Shown one piece after another: positions 34,821 through 45,723 of a stretch of DNA of 64,000 nucleotides. Position 1 is the first letter of the stretch; each line of letters opens with the position of its first letter. The position numbers were made by a program, and so were the translations under genes. The stretch spans positions 576,001-640,000 of the forward strand of contig CAVTHO010000007.1 in the NCBI GenBank assembly GCA_963734545.1, read 5' to 3'. A model generated the notes under the pieces. That model saw only the letters and a list, made by a program, of their open reading frames with translations, did not search any database and was not told the origin of the DNA. This DNA comes from an uncultured Spirochaetota bacterium. Its GTDB lineage: Bacteria > Spirochaetota > Spirochaetia > SZUA-6 > Fen-1364.

Positions 34821-37523
34821 AGGTTTTTCAGATCCGCCTTCTCGATGTGATTCCACGCTGTAGTGGAACTCGTTCTGGTTGATCGTGAACTTCAACTCTT
34901 CGCCCGGGCGGTGGTCCCACAGGGCCATGCCCAGCGGCGAGAGGTATGAGATGACGTTGCGGCTGGGATTCGACTCCCAGGGCCCCAGGATGACGTACTC
35001 CTCGGGCTGACCGCTCTTACGGTTGTTCAGGCGCACCCGGGTGCCGAAGGCGATGCGGTCCGTCTTCACCTCGTTCTCGTTGAAGATCTGGGCCTGCTGC
35101 ACCTCCTCCTTGAGCCGCGAGGCGGTGACCTTCAGCATCTCCTGCTTCTCCAGGGCGGCCTTGTACTCCGCGTTCTCCCGCAGATCGCCCTTGGCCATGC
35201 GCGACGCCGATCTCCTTCGAGTTCTCGGGGATCTCCACGTCGATGACGCGCTTGAGGTCCTGCTGCTTCTTCTCGAAGCTCGCGCGTGTCACCAGGAGCC
35301 CCAGGCTGACCTTTTCCGCGCCCGGCTCGCCGAGGAAGTGGAAGTCGGGATGCTTCTCCTTGATCCGGTGCTTGAGCTGGATCTTGATGGACGGGATCGA
35401 GCTCCTTCACGTCGTCCACCAGCGTGTACAGGCGCGTGATGGAATCCTGGTCCGCGGCCATGAGGAACTCCAGGAGCTTGCCCTTCGTCGAAGAGGAACT
35501 CCTGGATCTGGCGGTTCGTCTTCCGGTTGGCGCTGGCGTTCTGCTTGTTGGCGATGTCGCGGTAGGTGATGTCCAGGAGGTGGATGAGGCCGATGTAGAT
35601 CTTCTCCCGGGAGATGTTCATCCTCTCCAGCCAGCGCTCGCCGAGGAGGTTCTTCGCGATCCAGACGAACGCGTCCCGCTGCTCGCGGTAGCGGGAGACC
35701 ACGCCGGTGAGCATGCCGCCCAGGGCGTCCCAGAGGCGAGTCGCCACCAGCTCGTCCACGATGAACCGGTTGGGGAACAGGGCGAACAGCCGCGTGAATA
35801 TCGACGGCCAGTCCGTCGATGTTCTTCTTCACGGCCACGAGGAAGTCCCGCCGCAGCTCGGGGTCCTCGATCGCGGGAGAAGGTCTCCTCGAGCTTCTCG
35901 ATCTTTCCGAACAGCTCCTCGAAGCTCGTCTGCACGCCGATCGAGAGGAAGGGGTACAGGGTGACGATCTTCTGCAGCAGCAGCCAGCTGCGCGATCACC
36001 GTCTCCGAGACGGCCGTGTAGCCCTTGAGGAAGCCGGTGAAGTAGGCGAACATCTCGGTGAACCAGTCCGAGTCCGGCTCGGCGTGGCCGGCCTGCGACG
36101 TAGTCTTCGATCGTCTTCACGCGCTCGAAGAAGCCCTTCTCCGCCTTGAACTTGTTGTACGTCTTTTCCTCGAAGGAGATGGGCTTGTCCCGCACCATGA
36201 ACTGGTCGATCTTGTCCGGGAGATTGCCGAACGCGGAATCCTTTTTCAGGATGGAGCGGGCCTCCGTGTTCCACCGCGACCATTCCCCGCGGTGAGCACG
36301 TCCGGCACGAGCTCGGCCTTGATCTTCTTCATGTCCGCGAGGTTCCCGAAGCTCTTGATGATCGTCTTCAGGGCCCAGGCCGGCGTCTTCCTTGACCTTG
36401 CGCGGCGAGCTCTTCCTTCGGCAGGGTCCGCTTGAGCACCCAGATGTGCTCGGGGGAGAGCACCTCCAGGGCGCTGACCGCCATCTTCAGCGACATCTTG
36501 TGCGACGTCTTGTTGGCGAAGTCGATCGTGAACGTGTCGTCCTTGCTCGCGGAGATGCGGCCGATGCCCCAGGTCCGATGGAACACGTAGTTGCCCGTGT
36601 CGAAGCCGATGTGCTTCTCGAAGTCGGCGATGGCCTCGTGGACGTTCCGCCAGTTCTGCGTGAGGTTGGAGATCTTGATGTATTCCTCCAGCTGGCTGTG
36701 CGCGGCGTACTTCTCGCGGTAGCACTCGATGATGTCCTTGCGCGCCGCGTTGTTCTTGGAGTCGTAGGCGAGGATCTTCTTCAGTATCTCGATGGAGGTG
36801 TTCCAGTCCTCCTTCTCCTTGTAGTGCGGGATGAGCGTGACCAGCAGGGAGGCGGCGCGCTCGCCGTTGATGGCGCGCGCGATCCGCCCCTCGATGTGGA
36901 AGAAGAAGTCGATGTCCTCGGGGCTGAGCTTGATGAGCTTGTCCCACAGCTCCTTGACGCTCGCGAACTGCTTCTTGTTGATGAAGCGGTGGATGGCCTT
37001 CTTGTAGTAGTCCACCGCGGCGGGCATGTCCCGTCCTGCTCGCGCTTTTCCCCGAGGATCTTGACGATGTCCGCTTCCTCGTAGTCCACGCGGATCAGGC
37101 GGTCCCAGATCTCGAGCTTCTTCGCGCTCCTCGTCCCGGTTCTCGTAGCACTCCCCGAGGGTGCGCAGGGCGTACTTGTTCTCCCCGTATTCCAGGATCC
37201 GCTCCGCGAGGTACTCCACGACGTTCCACTTGTGGTTGTCCATGAAGATGCTGATGAGCATGATCAGGTTGGTGTCGTCCACCAGCTCGCGGGAAAGGGC
37301 CAGCACCCCGGAGAGGTACAGGGCGATGATCGAGTTGCTCGTGTGCTTGAGGTGCTCCCCGGCGAGCTCGCGGACTTCCTCCGCGATCCCTTCCGCGCGC
37401 GCCCTGCTCGATGAGCGCGTCGAGGTCCTTGAAGTTGGTGATCGAGTAGCTGTTGAGGGTCGCCCGCGTCCACTTCTCCTCGTTGAGCAGATCGGTGATC
37501 GTCTTCAGCAGTTCCGTTGCCAT
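34817..37523 (-). CDS. greA: Large spirochaete-type transcription elongation factor GreA (about 900 aa; many frameshifts)
   Basis: N-terminal LLNEEKWTRA and TPR-like region; C-terminal GDLRENAEY and ISYLSPLG. Confidence 0.9.
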
Positions 37524-37554
37524 TCTGTACTCCCTCCGTGCGTTCGACGTCGTC

Positions 37555-38518
37555 TCAGGCGGTATATTCCTGGTGCACCCGGGGATCGAGCTCCCGGATC
37601 TTCGCGAGGACCTCCTCGATCCGCTCCCGCGGCTCTCCCGTGGTCAGGTAGTGGTCGATCAGCCAGAAGTAGCGGTTGATCAGCCGCGGCACCAGGCAGA
37701 TCGCGCGCCGCACCCGCCGCGCTGCAGTCCTTCTCCAGCTGGTAGATGGCCTGCTTGAGCTTGCCGAACTCCAGCGGCTTCATCTCCCGCTTCACGTTGA
37801 ACACTCCCCAGATCGCGCCGTACACCGGCATCCACTCCGCGAGCGCCGGCCCCGCGTAGCCCCTGGTCCGCAGCCGCGCCGCCAGGCGCTGCACCAGGGG
37901 GGACTCCAGCCCCGCCAGGTCGACGGCCTGCGGGATCGAGGAAGAAGGCCTCGCGAAAGAACACCTTCGCCGCCCGCGACTCGTTCACGAGCGAATAGCA
38001 GTCGGCCAGCTCCGCGAGGATGCGCGCGATCCTCGCGTCCGCTCCCTGTTGGCGCGCTCCAGGCACTCGATGGCGCGCTCGTAGTTCCCCAGCCCCTTGC
38101 AGCAGCGGCCGATCTGCAGCAGCACGTCCGGGTCCCCCCCCGTCTGGCCGGCTTCCGCCTCCGCCGAGAGGTAGCAGGCCAGGGCGGAAGAGAAGACGAA
38201 CTGCTTGATGGCGAACAGGCACCTTTCCGGCATGTCGGGGAGCCGTTCCGCGAAAGCCTGGAAAAGCCTCCACAGGGCCATGAGCTGTTCCCCCCGCTCG
38301 AAACCATCGCGCGCCGCGTGCTCGCGCTCGAGGCGCTCCTTCCAGAATTCCGCGCACTTCAGAGCGGTGGAGGCACCCGGGTAATCGATGGCAGCCTCGA
38401 GGACCTTCTCGAGAGCGTCGATTGCCTCCGCGAACAGCCCTTCTCTCAGCGCCTGGGCAACCCCGGTATAGAACTGCAGTACCGCCTCGTCCCGGAACAA
38501 GGGCTGTCCCACCGTCAC
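37555..38518 (-). CDS. TPR-containing protein upstream of greA (frameshifted)
   Basis: TPR-like helices across three frames (IGRCCKGLGNYERA, AKVFFREAFF, LINRYFWLIDHY). Confidence 0.65.
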
Positions 38519-38713
38519 CTTCCGGTCCTCCGGCCCGAGACCCGCGCCTTTGCCTGCAAGCTCGTGAGATGAGGAAGGGCGCGAACCCTGTGCGGCATGG
38601 AAATCGCGTAAACACGGGCGGAAAAAGCAATTACCGTCTATCGCACCCCGTTCAAAATATCGCACGTCGCAGCGTCTTTCGTCAATGGCAGGATTCTGTT
38701 AGGATGGCCGCGC

Positions 38714-39382
38714 ATGAAGGAAAAGGCCAGAAGAATCCTCATCGCCCCCTCCGTCCTTTCCGCGAATTTCGGGGCTCTTGCGGATGGGGTCCGCCAGGCG
38801 GAATCCATGGGGGGAGATCTCGTGCATCTGGACGTCATGGACGGGAGCTTCGTTCCCCCCATCACCTTCGGAGAAAAAGCGGTGCATGACCTCAGACCCC
38901 TCACGAGACTGCCATTCGACGTGCACCTGATGATCCGCAGGCCGGAACACCACGTGGACGAGTTCTGCGCCGCCGGCGCCGACTACCTCACGGTTCATTT
39001 CGAGGCCACGACTCATCTGCATGCAGTACTTTCATCGATCAGGGAACGGGGCAGGCGCCCCGGGATCGCGCTCGTGCCGTCCACGCCCGCGGAGGCCCTC
39101 AGCGAAGTGCTGCCGCTCGTCGACATTGTGCTTGTCATGACGGTGAGCCCTGGATTCGGAGGCCAGGAGCTGATAACCCGCTGCCTCCAGAAAGTGAAGT
39201 CTTTGCGACGAATGAGGGATGAATCCGGCCTCGATTACCTCATCGAGGTGGACGGGGGTATCAACCGCTCGACCATCGGTGCGGCCCTGGAGGCCGGTGC
39301 GGATGTGATTGTCGCCGGATCCGCTCTCTTCGGCGCCGGGGATCCTGCCGCTGAAGTCGCATTCCTCCGCAGCCCATGGTAA
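38714..39382 (+). CDS. rpe: Ribulose-phosphate 3-epimerase
   Basis: IAPSVLSA, HLDVMDGSFVP, DVHLM, PGFGGQ, EVDGG. Confidence 0.96.
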   Translation: MKEKARRILIAPSVLSANFGALADGVRQAESMGGDLVHLDVMDGSFVPPITFGEKAVHDLRPLTRLPFDVHLMIRRPEHHVDEFCAAGADYLTVHFEATTHLHAVLSSIRERGRRPGIALVPSTPAEALSEVLPLVDIVLVMTVSPGFGGQELITRCLQKVKSLRRMRDESGLDYLIEVDGGINRSTIGAALEAGADVIVAGSALFGAGDPAAEVAFLRSPW

Positions 39383-39441
39383 ATTCGGGTTCAGTTTGCC
39401 CCTGTGAGGGTCGAAAGTCTAAGGAGGAGAGAAAAAGGCGC

Positions 39442-40401
39442 ATGATACTTCCCCGGATGGCGCTCGTCCCGCTTCTGACGGTTTTTCTCTGCCTCACGCC
39501 CCCGCTTCTGCAGGCCCAGTCGTCGGGTCCCTCCAGTGACATCAAGGAGGGGATCGACCTGTTCAGGGACGGTCGATACGACAAGGCGATCCAGTTCCTG
39601 CGCACATTTCTCCAAAACACCCCGTACGACACGCAGAAGGCCGCCGCATACCTGCTTCTGGCAAAATCCTATATCGCCATCGGATCTCTGGACGAAGCAG
39701 AGAAGAATCTCGAGTACTACATTGCCCACTACCCGCGCGCGGCCGATATCCAGGAAGCGCTCTACCAGAAGGGCCGGCTTCTCTTCATGCAGGAGGATTT
39801 CGAAAACTCCGTGCAGGCATTGCAGAGCTTCCTGGCCACCTACCCGAGGTCTACGTTCGTGCCCAGCGCCTGGTTCTGGATCGGGGAGAGCCTTTATGGC
39901 CTCGGCCGTCTCGACGAGGCGCAGTCCGCCTACCGAAAGATCCTCACCGACTATCCTTCCAGCGTGAAAGTCGAGGCCGCACAATATAAAGTGTCTCTCA
40001 TCCAGCTCACGCAGAAAGAAGTGGAGCTCGCCCGGCTGCTCAAGTGGAGCCACGAGGAGTTTCTCAAGAGCACGGAGGAGTTTCAGGCAAGGGAGAGAAC
40101 GTACCAGCAGGCGATAGAGGCCTACCAGAAGCGCCTCGCGGGCAGCGGTGCGACTGAAGACCAGAAAACGATAGCAGAGCTGCGGCAGGCATTGGCGAGC
40201 AAAACAGAGGAAGCCAATACTCTTGCCGCGCAGCTTGCGAAATCCGGACCTCCCGGCGGAACCGCTCCCGCGGCGCCGGGCACGCCGGACGCTGACCAGC
40301 TGGCGAAGATGCAGCGATTGCTGGCCGCCGAGCAGAAGGCACTTGCCCTCAAGGAGATCTATCTCTCCTGGCTGGAAGCGCACGTGGGAGCAGGGAAATG
40401 A
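39442..40401 (+). CDS. Secreted TPR protein (BamD/CpoB-like)
   Basis: Signal peptide, TPRs with YP-S turns, coiled-coil tail. Confidence 0.75.
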   Translation: MILPRMALVPLLTVFLCLTPPLLQAQSSGPSSDIKEGIDLFRDGRYDKAIQFLRTFLQNTPYDTQKAAAYLLLAKSYIAIGSLDEAEKNLEYYIAHYPRAADIQEALYQKGRLLFMQEDFENSVQALQSFLATYPRSTFVPSAWFWIGESLYGLGRLDEAQSAYRKILTDYPSSVKVEAAQYKVSLIQLTQKEVELARLLKWSHEEFLKSTEEFQARERTYQQAIEAYQKRLAGSGATEDQKTIAELRQALASKTEEANTLAAQLAKSGPPGGTAPAAPGTPDADQLAKMQRLLAAEQKALALKEIYLSWLEAHVGAGK

Positions 40402-41528
40402 CACCCTTATTGCACGGTCTCGCTCGGATTCCCCGATCCTTTCTGCTGGCCGCCCTGCTCCTGGCAGTGTGTGCGCCGGGATGGTCACTCGATCTCGCCG
40501 ACGGTCCGCTTCGGCTCACGCTGCATGAGCGGTTAGGAAGATTTTCCCTTTCTTTCGTGCCCACGGCTGGCAAGAGCGTTCCCGTCTCCCTGCTTTCGGC
40601 GCAGGATCCACGGACCTCGATGCTCAGCGTGGTGGTCGGCAACAAGATCTACCGAATGGGCGAATCCTCATCGTTCTCCGAAACAGCGGTGAAAATGCCT
40701 CGGGGCGCGCGCTTTGTCTGGAAATCGTCCTTTCTGCAAGTCACGGAAACATTCACCTTCATCTCGTCTCCGGATTCTCCGGTGACCAACGGCGTTCAAG
40801 TCGATGTCGGCCTGAAAAACATATCCGAGAAGAGCTATAATGCGGGCATCCGGTACCTGTTCGACACCTGGCTCGGTGAGGCGAGCTCCGTGCACTTCCG
40901 CACCGACACGCTCTCGCAGATGAGCCGCGAGCTGACGATTCTTCCCCGCGACAACACTCTTTACTGGGCCTCTCCGCTCGTCGGAGATCCCGAGGGCATC
41001 GGCCTCCAGGTAATGACCTCGGGCGCCGGCGTGACCGTTCCCGACCGTGTCGTGTTCGCGAACTGGAAACGCTTGAGCGATGCGGCCTGGAGCTATCAAA
41101 CTTCGGCGGACCGGAATTTCAGCCAGCTTCCGTATTCGGTGAACGACTCCGCCGTGAGCCAGTACTATGATCCGCGTGCCATCCCCCCGGGCGCGGAAGT
41201 GTCGATCACCCTGCTCCTGGGCAAGTTCAGCAGGGAGGGCTTTCGCGCGGCAGGACCGGCGGCGCCCGCGGCGGGAGCCGCTGCCGGACCCGCATCCACG
41301 CAGGCGGCAGCCGCGAGCACCGGGCAGTCACCGGCCGCGGCAAAGACAACGCCGGGTGAAAGCGAAGCGATCCGCGCGGATCTGTCGACCGTGAACCTCA
41401 TTCTCGCTGAAATCGATGCGCTGGCCGCGGCAGGGTCGCTGTCCGAGGAAAAGCTGAGGCAGCTGGAATCAGCCCTGACGGACCTGGGAGGCCGCTCGTC
41501 CCGGTTTGCCGCTCCCGATGGCAAGTAG
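40398..41528 (+). CDS. Secreted hypothetical protein (beta-rich domain, Ala-rich linker, C-terminal helix pair)
   Basis: 376-aa ORF with a signal peptide, translationally coupled to the upstream gene. Confidence 0.7.
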   Translation: MTPLLHGLARIPRSFLLAALLLAVCAPGWSLDLADGPLRLTLHERLGRFSLSFVPTAGKSVPVSLLSAQDPRTSMLSVVVGNKIYRMGESSSFSETAVKMPRGARFVWKSSFLQVTETFTFISSPDSPVTNGVQVDVGLKNISEKSYNAGIRYLFDTWLGEASSVHFRTDTLSQMSRELTILPRDNTLYWASPLVGDPEGIGLQVMTSGAGVTVPDRVVFANWKRLSDAAWSYQTSADRNFSQLPYSVNDSAVSQYYDPRAIPPGAEVSITLLLGKFSREGFRAAGPAAPAAGAAAGPASTQAAAASTGQSPAAAKTTPGESEAIRADLSTVNLILAEIDALAAAGSLSEEKLRQLESALTDLGGRSSRFAAPDGK

Positions 41529-41540
41529 GAAAAGTCCCGC

Positions 41541-42614
41541 ATGAAGGGAAAGGGCCTGGGAGACGCGAGGAAACTCTTTCGCGCCCGGAAATTCCCAGAA
41601 GTCATCCGGCTCCTCGAACCGGAGGTATTTCGCCATCGCGAGAGCTTCGAGTACTTCCAGCTGCTGGGGTTTTCCTGCCTGCACGCCGGTGACCTCGGCG
41701 GCGCATTCTCTTACATAAGCCGCGCTCACCAGCTCAAAACGGACGACGTCAGCGCTCTCCTCGGCCTGGCCGCGATCCACTTCAGGCGCTCGGAAAACGA
41801 CACGGCGATCAAGCGCTGGCTCGAGGTGCTGGAAGAGCAGCCATCCAACCGCATTGCGCGCCGCGGGCTCGACCTCCTGCGCCGCGGGCTCGGCAGGGAT
41901 GGTCTGCAGGATTTCATCGATTCCGGCAGGCTGAAGCTCCTCTATCCGCCTCTGCCGCCGCGCATTCGTGGAGTTTCGATCCTCGTCGTCATTCTTACGC
42001 TGCTGATCGCGGCAGGGCTCGGGTACCTTGTGTACAGGGTGCGGGGGACGCCTGCAGAATCGAGACCCGGTGTGGCGGCAATCGAGATACCCCCCGGACT
42101 TTCACGGCTGACCGAGTCGGGAACCGACTTCACCTTCGTGTTCACCGAGAAGGAAGTCAGGCAGGTCTTCCAGAAGGCGAGGGGGCTGCTCCTCGAATAC
42201 CGTGACAACCTCGCCGCCGTGGAAATCAACAGGATTCTCCTCTCGAACGCGGCGCTGGCCATCCAGGAACGGGCGCGGCTGCTCAAGGGTTTCGTCACGC
42301 AGCCCACCTTCGACACGCTGCGCGATTCGTTTCCCTATGCGAAAGTCGCCCTGCAGCCCGCGCTCTATGACGGCTGCGCGGTGAGGTGGAAGGGCAAAAT
42401 CGCGAATCTCCGCGCGGGTAAGGATGCCATGAGCTTCGACTTTCTCGTCGGATACGACCAGGAAAAAGAGCTCGAGGGTATCGTCCCCGTCAGTCTGCCC
42501 TTCGCCGCGCAGCTGGAGAACGGAATAGCGCTCGAAGTGCTCGGCCAGGTAGTGTACCGCGCAGGCAAGCTCGGTCTCCAGGGTATTTCCGTGCACAGGC
42601 TCACCGGTCAGTAA
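41541..42614 (+). CDS. TPR-containing membrane protein
   Basis: N-terminal TPRs, one TM helix, C-terminal OB-like domain. Confidence 0.7.
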   Translation: MKGKGLGDARKLFRARKFPEVIRLLEPEVFRHRESFEYFQLLGFSCLHAGDLGGAFSYISRAHQLKTDDVSALLGLAAIHFRRSENDTAIKRWLEVLEEQPSNRIARRGLDLLRRGLGRDGLQDFIDSGRLKLLYPPLPPRIRGVSILVVILTLLIAAGLGYLVYRVRGTPAESRPGVAAIEIPPGLSRLTESGTDFTFVFTEKEVRQVFQKARGLLLEYRDNLAAVEINRILLSNAALAIQERARLLKGFVTQPTFDTLRDSFPYAKVALQPALYDGCAVRWKGKIANLRAGKDAMSFDFLVGYDQEKELEGIVPVSLPFAAQLENGIALEVLGQVVYRAGKLGLQGISVHRLTGQ

Positions 42615-42627
42615 CTCGGCGGCCGGC

Positions 42628-43077
42628 GTGCGTGCTGTCGTACAACGTGTCCGCGACTGCTCCGTCAGCGTGGACGGGCAGGTGAAGGGCAGGATCGAAT
42701 CCGGCCTCCTCGTGTACCTCGGCGTGGGCAGAAACGATTCGCAAAAGGACGCGGTCTCGCTCTGCGACAAGATCGTCAATCTGAGGATATTCTCTGACGT
42801 TCAGGGCAAGATGAACCTCTCCGTGCGGGACACGGGCGGAAGCATTCTCGTCGTATCGCAGTTTACCTTGTATGGGGATGCGCGCGAGGGAAGGCGGCCT
42901 TCCTACACCGAGGCAGCGGATCCCGAAAAGGCGCGAATCCTCTACGACCATGCGCGTGCCCTTCTTGCCGCACGCGGCGTGCCGGTGGCTGCCGGTGAGT
43001 TCCAGGCCATGATGGAAGTCACCTACACGAACATGGGACCGGTCACCATCCTCCTCGATTCGGAGAAAAACTTCTGA
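42628..43077 (+). CDS. dtd: D-aminoacyl-tRNA deacylase
   Basis: RAVVQRV, SQFTL, GRRPS, NMGPVT. Confidence 0.95.
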   Translation: MRAVVQRVRDCSVSVDGQVKGRIESGLLVYLGVGRNDSQKDAVSLCDKIVNLRIFSDVQGKMNLSVRDTGGSILVVSQFTLYGDAREGRRPSYTEAADPEKARILYDHARALLAARGVPVAAGEFQAMMEVTYTNMGPVTILLDSEKNF

Positions 43078-43883
43078 GGCCCTCACTCGGGGCATTCCGC
43101 CGGCTCATCTGGTCACACTACCGCGAGAACAAGAGATCCATGCCGTGGAGAGAGACACGGGTTCCCTACCGGATACTCGTTTCCGAATTCATGCTGCAGC
43201 AGACCGGCATCGAGAGGGTCAGGACGAAGTACGCAGCTTTCCTGCATGCTTTCCCCGGGTTTCGCGCCCTGGCGGCGGCGAGCGTGGAAGAAGTGCTGGC
43301 TGCCTGGAAGGGCCTGGGCTACAACCGCAGGGCCCTTGCCCTGCGGGAGGCAGCGCGGCGCATCGTGGAAACGCATCACGGCAGAATGCCCCGCACGGTC
43401 GAAACCCTGATGGAGCTGCCCGGCATCGGCCATGCCACAGCCTCCGCCGTGCTCGTGTACAGTTTCAATTCCCCGCTCCCTTTCATCGAGACCAATATCC
43501 GAAGGGTTTTCATTCACTTCTTTTTTCCCCGCGGCCGCCGGGTCACAGACGCAAAGCTCATGCCGCTCGTGGAAAAGACGCTGGACAAGGACGATCCCCG
43601 CGAATGGTATTACGCTTTGATGGACTATGGCGCCATGCTGGGCAAAACCTCCATGAACGCCAACACGCGGAGCGCCCGCTACCGCATGCAGGCGGCGTTC
43701 GAAGGCTCGCTGCGCCAGTTGCGGGGCAAAATCCTCGCGGCGATGCTGGAACGCGGGCCTGCCACGGAGGCCCAGATCGCACGCGCCATTGGCAGCGCTG
43801 ACGAGCGGCTCGGCCGCGCGCTCGCCCAGCTTGTTGATGAAGGATTCCTCCTCCGTCGGGGCCGCCGCTACTCTTTCAGGTAG
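43074..43883 (+). CDS. mutY: HhH-GPD A/G-specific adenine glycosylase, MutY-like, lacking the 4Fe-4S motif (start CTG 43074 or ATG 43140)
   Basis: PWR, VSEFMLQQT, WKGLGYNRRA, LPGIG, ALMDYG. Confidence 0.82.
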   Translation: MRPSLGAFRRLIWSHYRENKRSMPWRETRVPYRILVSEFMLQQTGIERVRTKYAAFLHAFPGFRALAAASVEEVLAAWKGLGYNRRALALREAARRIVETHHGRMPRTVETLMELPGIGHATASAVLVYSFNSPLPFIETNIRRVFIHFFFPRGRRVTDAKLMPLVEKTLDKDDPREWYYALMDYGAMLGKTSMNANTRSARYRMQAAFEGSLRQLRGKILAAMLERGPATEAQIARAIGSADERLGRALAQLVDEGFLLRRGRRYSFR

Positions 43884-44958
43884 TCGTCCGCATTGAACTG
43901 GGCAAGCAGGGACGACAGGGGCAGCTCGCTGTTCAGCCGATAGACGATCTCCGAGGCAAGATGGGTGGAGGAAACCACGCGAAGGCAGGGCAGCCTCCGG
44001 CGGATCTCCGGCGTGCACGGGATGGTGTCCGTCACCAGGATCGTGCCGATCAGCCTCTCGTCGCAGAGCTCTCCGATCCGCTCCAGCGCGGGCGGAGAGA
44101 AAACGGGATGCACGATGGCGATGTTGAGCGCCGCCGGCGAGCGGCTGGCCAGCTCGCGCACCAGCTTGCTCATCGAGTCGCCCGTGTCGATCATGTCGTC
44201 GATGATCCAGAGCGTCTTGCCCTCGATGGGTTCCGCGGTGAGGATGTTGATGGATTCCACCGTGTTGGCCGCGGTGTAGTCCCTCTGCTTGTGGGAGATG
44301 ACGATTCGCGTTCCGAATGACGCGGCGAACCTCTTGGCCAGCCCCTCACCTCCCGCGTCCACGGAGCAGAAGAGCCAGTGATTCCTGACTTCGTCGTGCA
44401 GCCTTTCTCTCGGTCATCACGAAATTGTCGCAAAGTACGTCTTGAGCAGGGCGCGGGCGGGAATATCATCCACCACGCAGAGCGCCGGATCGATGAATGT
44501 CTTGGACTTCTCCGAGTGAAGCTGGAACGTGATGTAGTGATCGATGCCCGAGGCTGATGAGGATCTTGAAGTGCAGCCACAGCCCGACTGAGTTCCTGCG
44601 CGTCAGGCGATCGGACCTCCCGGGGCCGCAGTACGGCTCGAACACCGTGATCCGCTGCGCCTGCGCCCGGCGCAGCGCGTCCACCGCGTGGTAGGTCTCG
44701 ACCTTGTTCTCTTCCGCCGAGAGACCCGCCTCGTTCCGGCCTCCTCCCGCGAACAGGAACACGTCACAGCCGCGCACGGAGGTGCCGATTTCGGCCTCCA
44801 TCTCACCGTCGGCGAACTTCGAAATCGAGATCTCCCCGTGGATGTCTGTCTCTCCTGTGCCCTCCTGGAACCGCGGATACGTGATGCAGGTTCTCGCTCA
44901 CCTGGCGGCTGTAGCCTGCCAGGGCACGAGTTGAGAAGATCTTGAGTCGACCGCGCAT
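43868..44958 (-). CDS. prs: Ribose-phosphate pyrophosphokinase (several frameshifts)
   Basis: KFADGE, SVRGCDVF, SVDAG, IIDDMIDTG, VTDTIP. Confidence 0.88.
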
Positions 44959-45004
44959 TGGCGCAATCTACCAGAAATGAGGGCAGGAGTCCACGCAGCA
45001 GCGG

Positions 45005-45723
45005 CTATTGCGCCGCGGTATTCCGCGGATTTGGCGCCGCGGTATTCCGCGGATTTGGCGCCGCGATCTCTCGGGCCACTGCCCGCGCCCGATCGACGAT
45101 GAGCTTTTCCCGGGACAGCCGTGCAATATCGGTGCATTGCGCGAGGAAATCGGAACGATGCGTCCTTTCAACCGCGGACAGAAAGTCGAGGACGAGCGCG
45201 AGCTCCTGGGGCTGGATTGCGCCGCTGCCTCTTTCCAGCGCTCTCACGACCCGTGATCCGGCCTGGGCGAGAGCGGGGAGGGCTCTGGGCGTATTCAATA
45301 AGGGAAGGATACGCACGAGGGCTCCCACGAGCTGGGGGTCCCTCCACTCCGCCATTTCTCCTGGCCATCGAATCGAGCTCATTCCGATTGGCCTCTATCC
45401 TTTGGCGAAATCCAGCTCTCCCCGCGTGATGGTTCGAACAGGCCCTGCAGCAGGGTGCGAAGAAGGAGCTCGACCGTGTCGCGCGTCTTCCTGGAGTTGC
45501 CCGCCATCAGCGCGGCGATTATGTTCCCCGCAAAAGGGTCTGCCCGGTTTCCGACTCCCGCGCATACGGAGAGTTTTGTGTCGAAATCCTCACCCTGCAG
45601 GGCCGACAGGAGCACGGGATCCAGAGTCCTGTCGCTGTCCGCCGCGAGCGTTCCCCAGTCTGCGGCTGATGCGCAGAGTGAAACCAGAATCAGCATGAGG
45701 GAAACGGCCGCTCTACTGGACAT
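45005..45723 (-). CDS. Secreted hypothetical protein, helical-repeat-like (frameshift near 45400)
   Basis: Signal peptide MSSRAAVSLMLILVSLCASA; continues in ORF 45005..45382. Confidence 0.55.
45010..45065. repeat. 24-bp tandem repeat, 2.3 copies
   Basis: GCGCCGCGGTATTCCGCGGATTTG at 45010 and 45034, with a partial copy at 45058. Confidence 0.95.
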
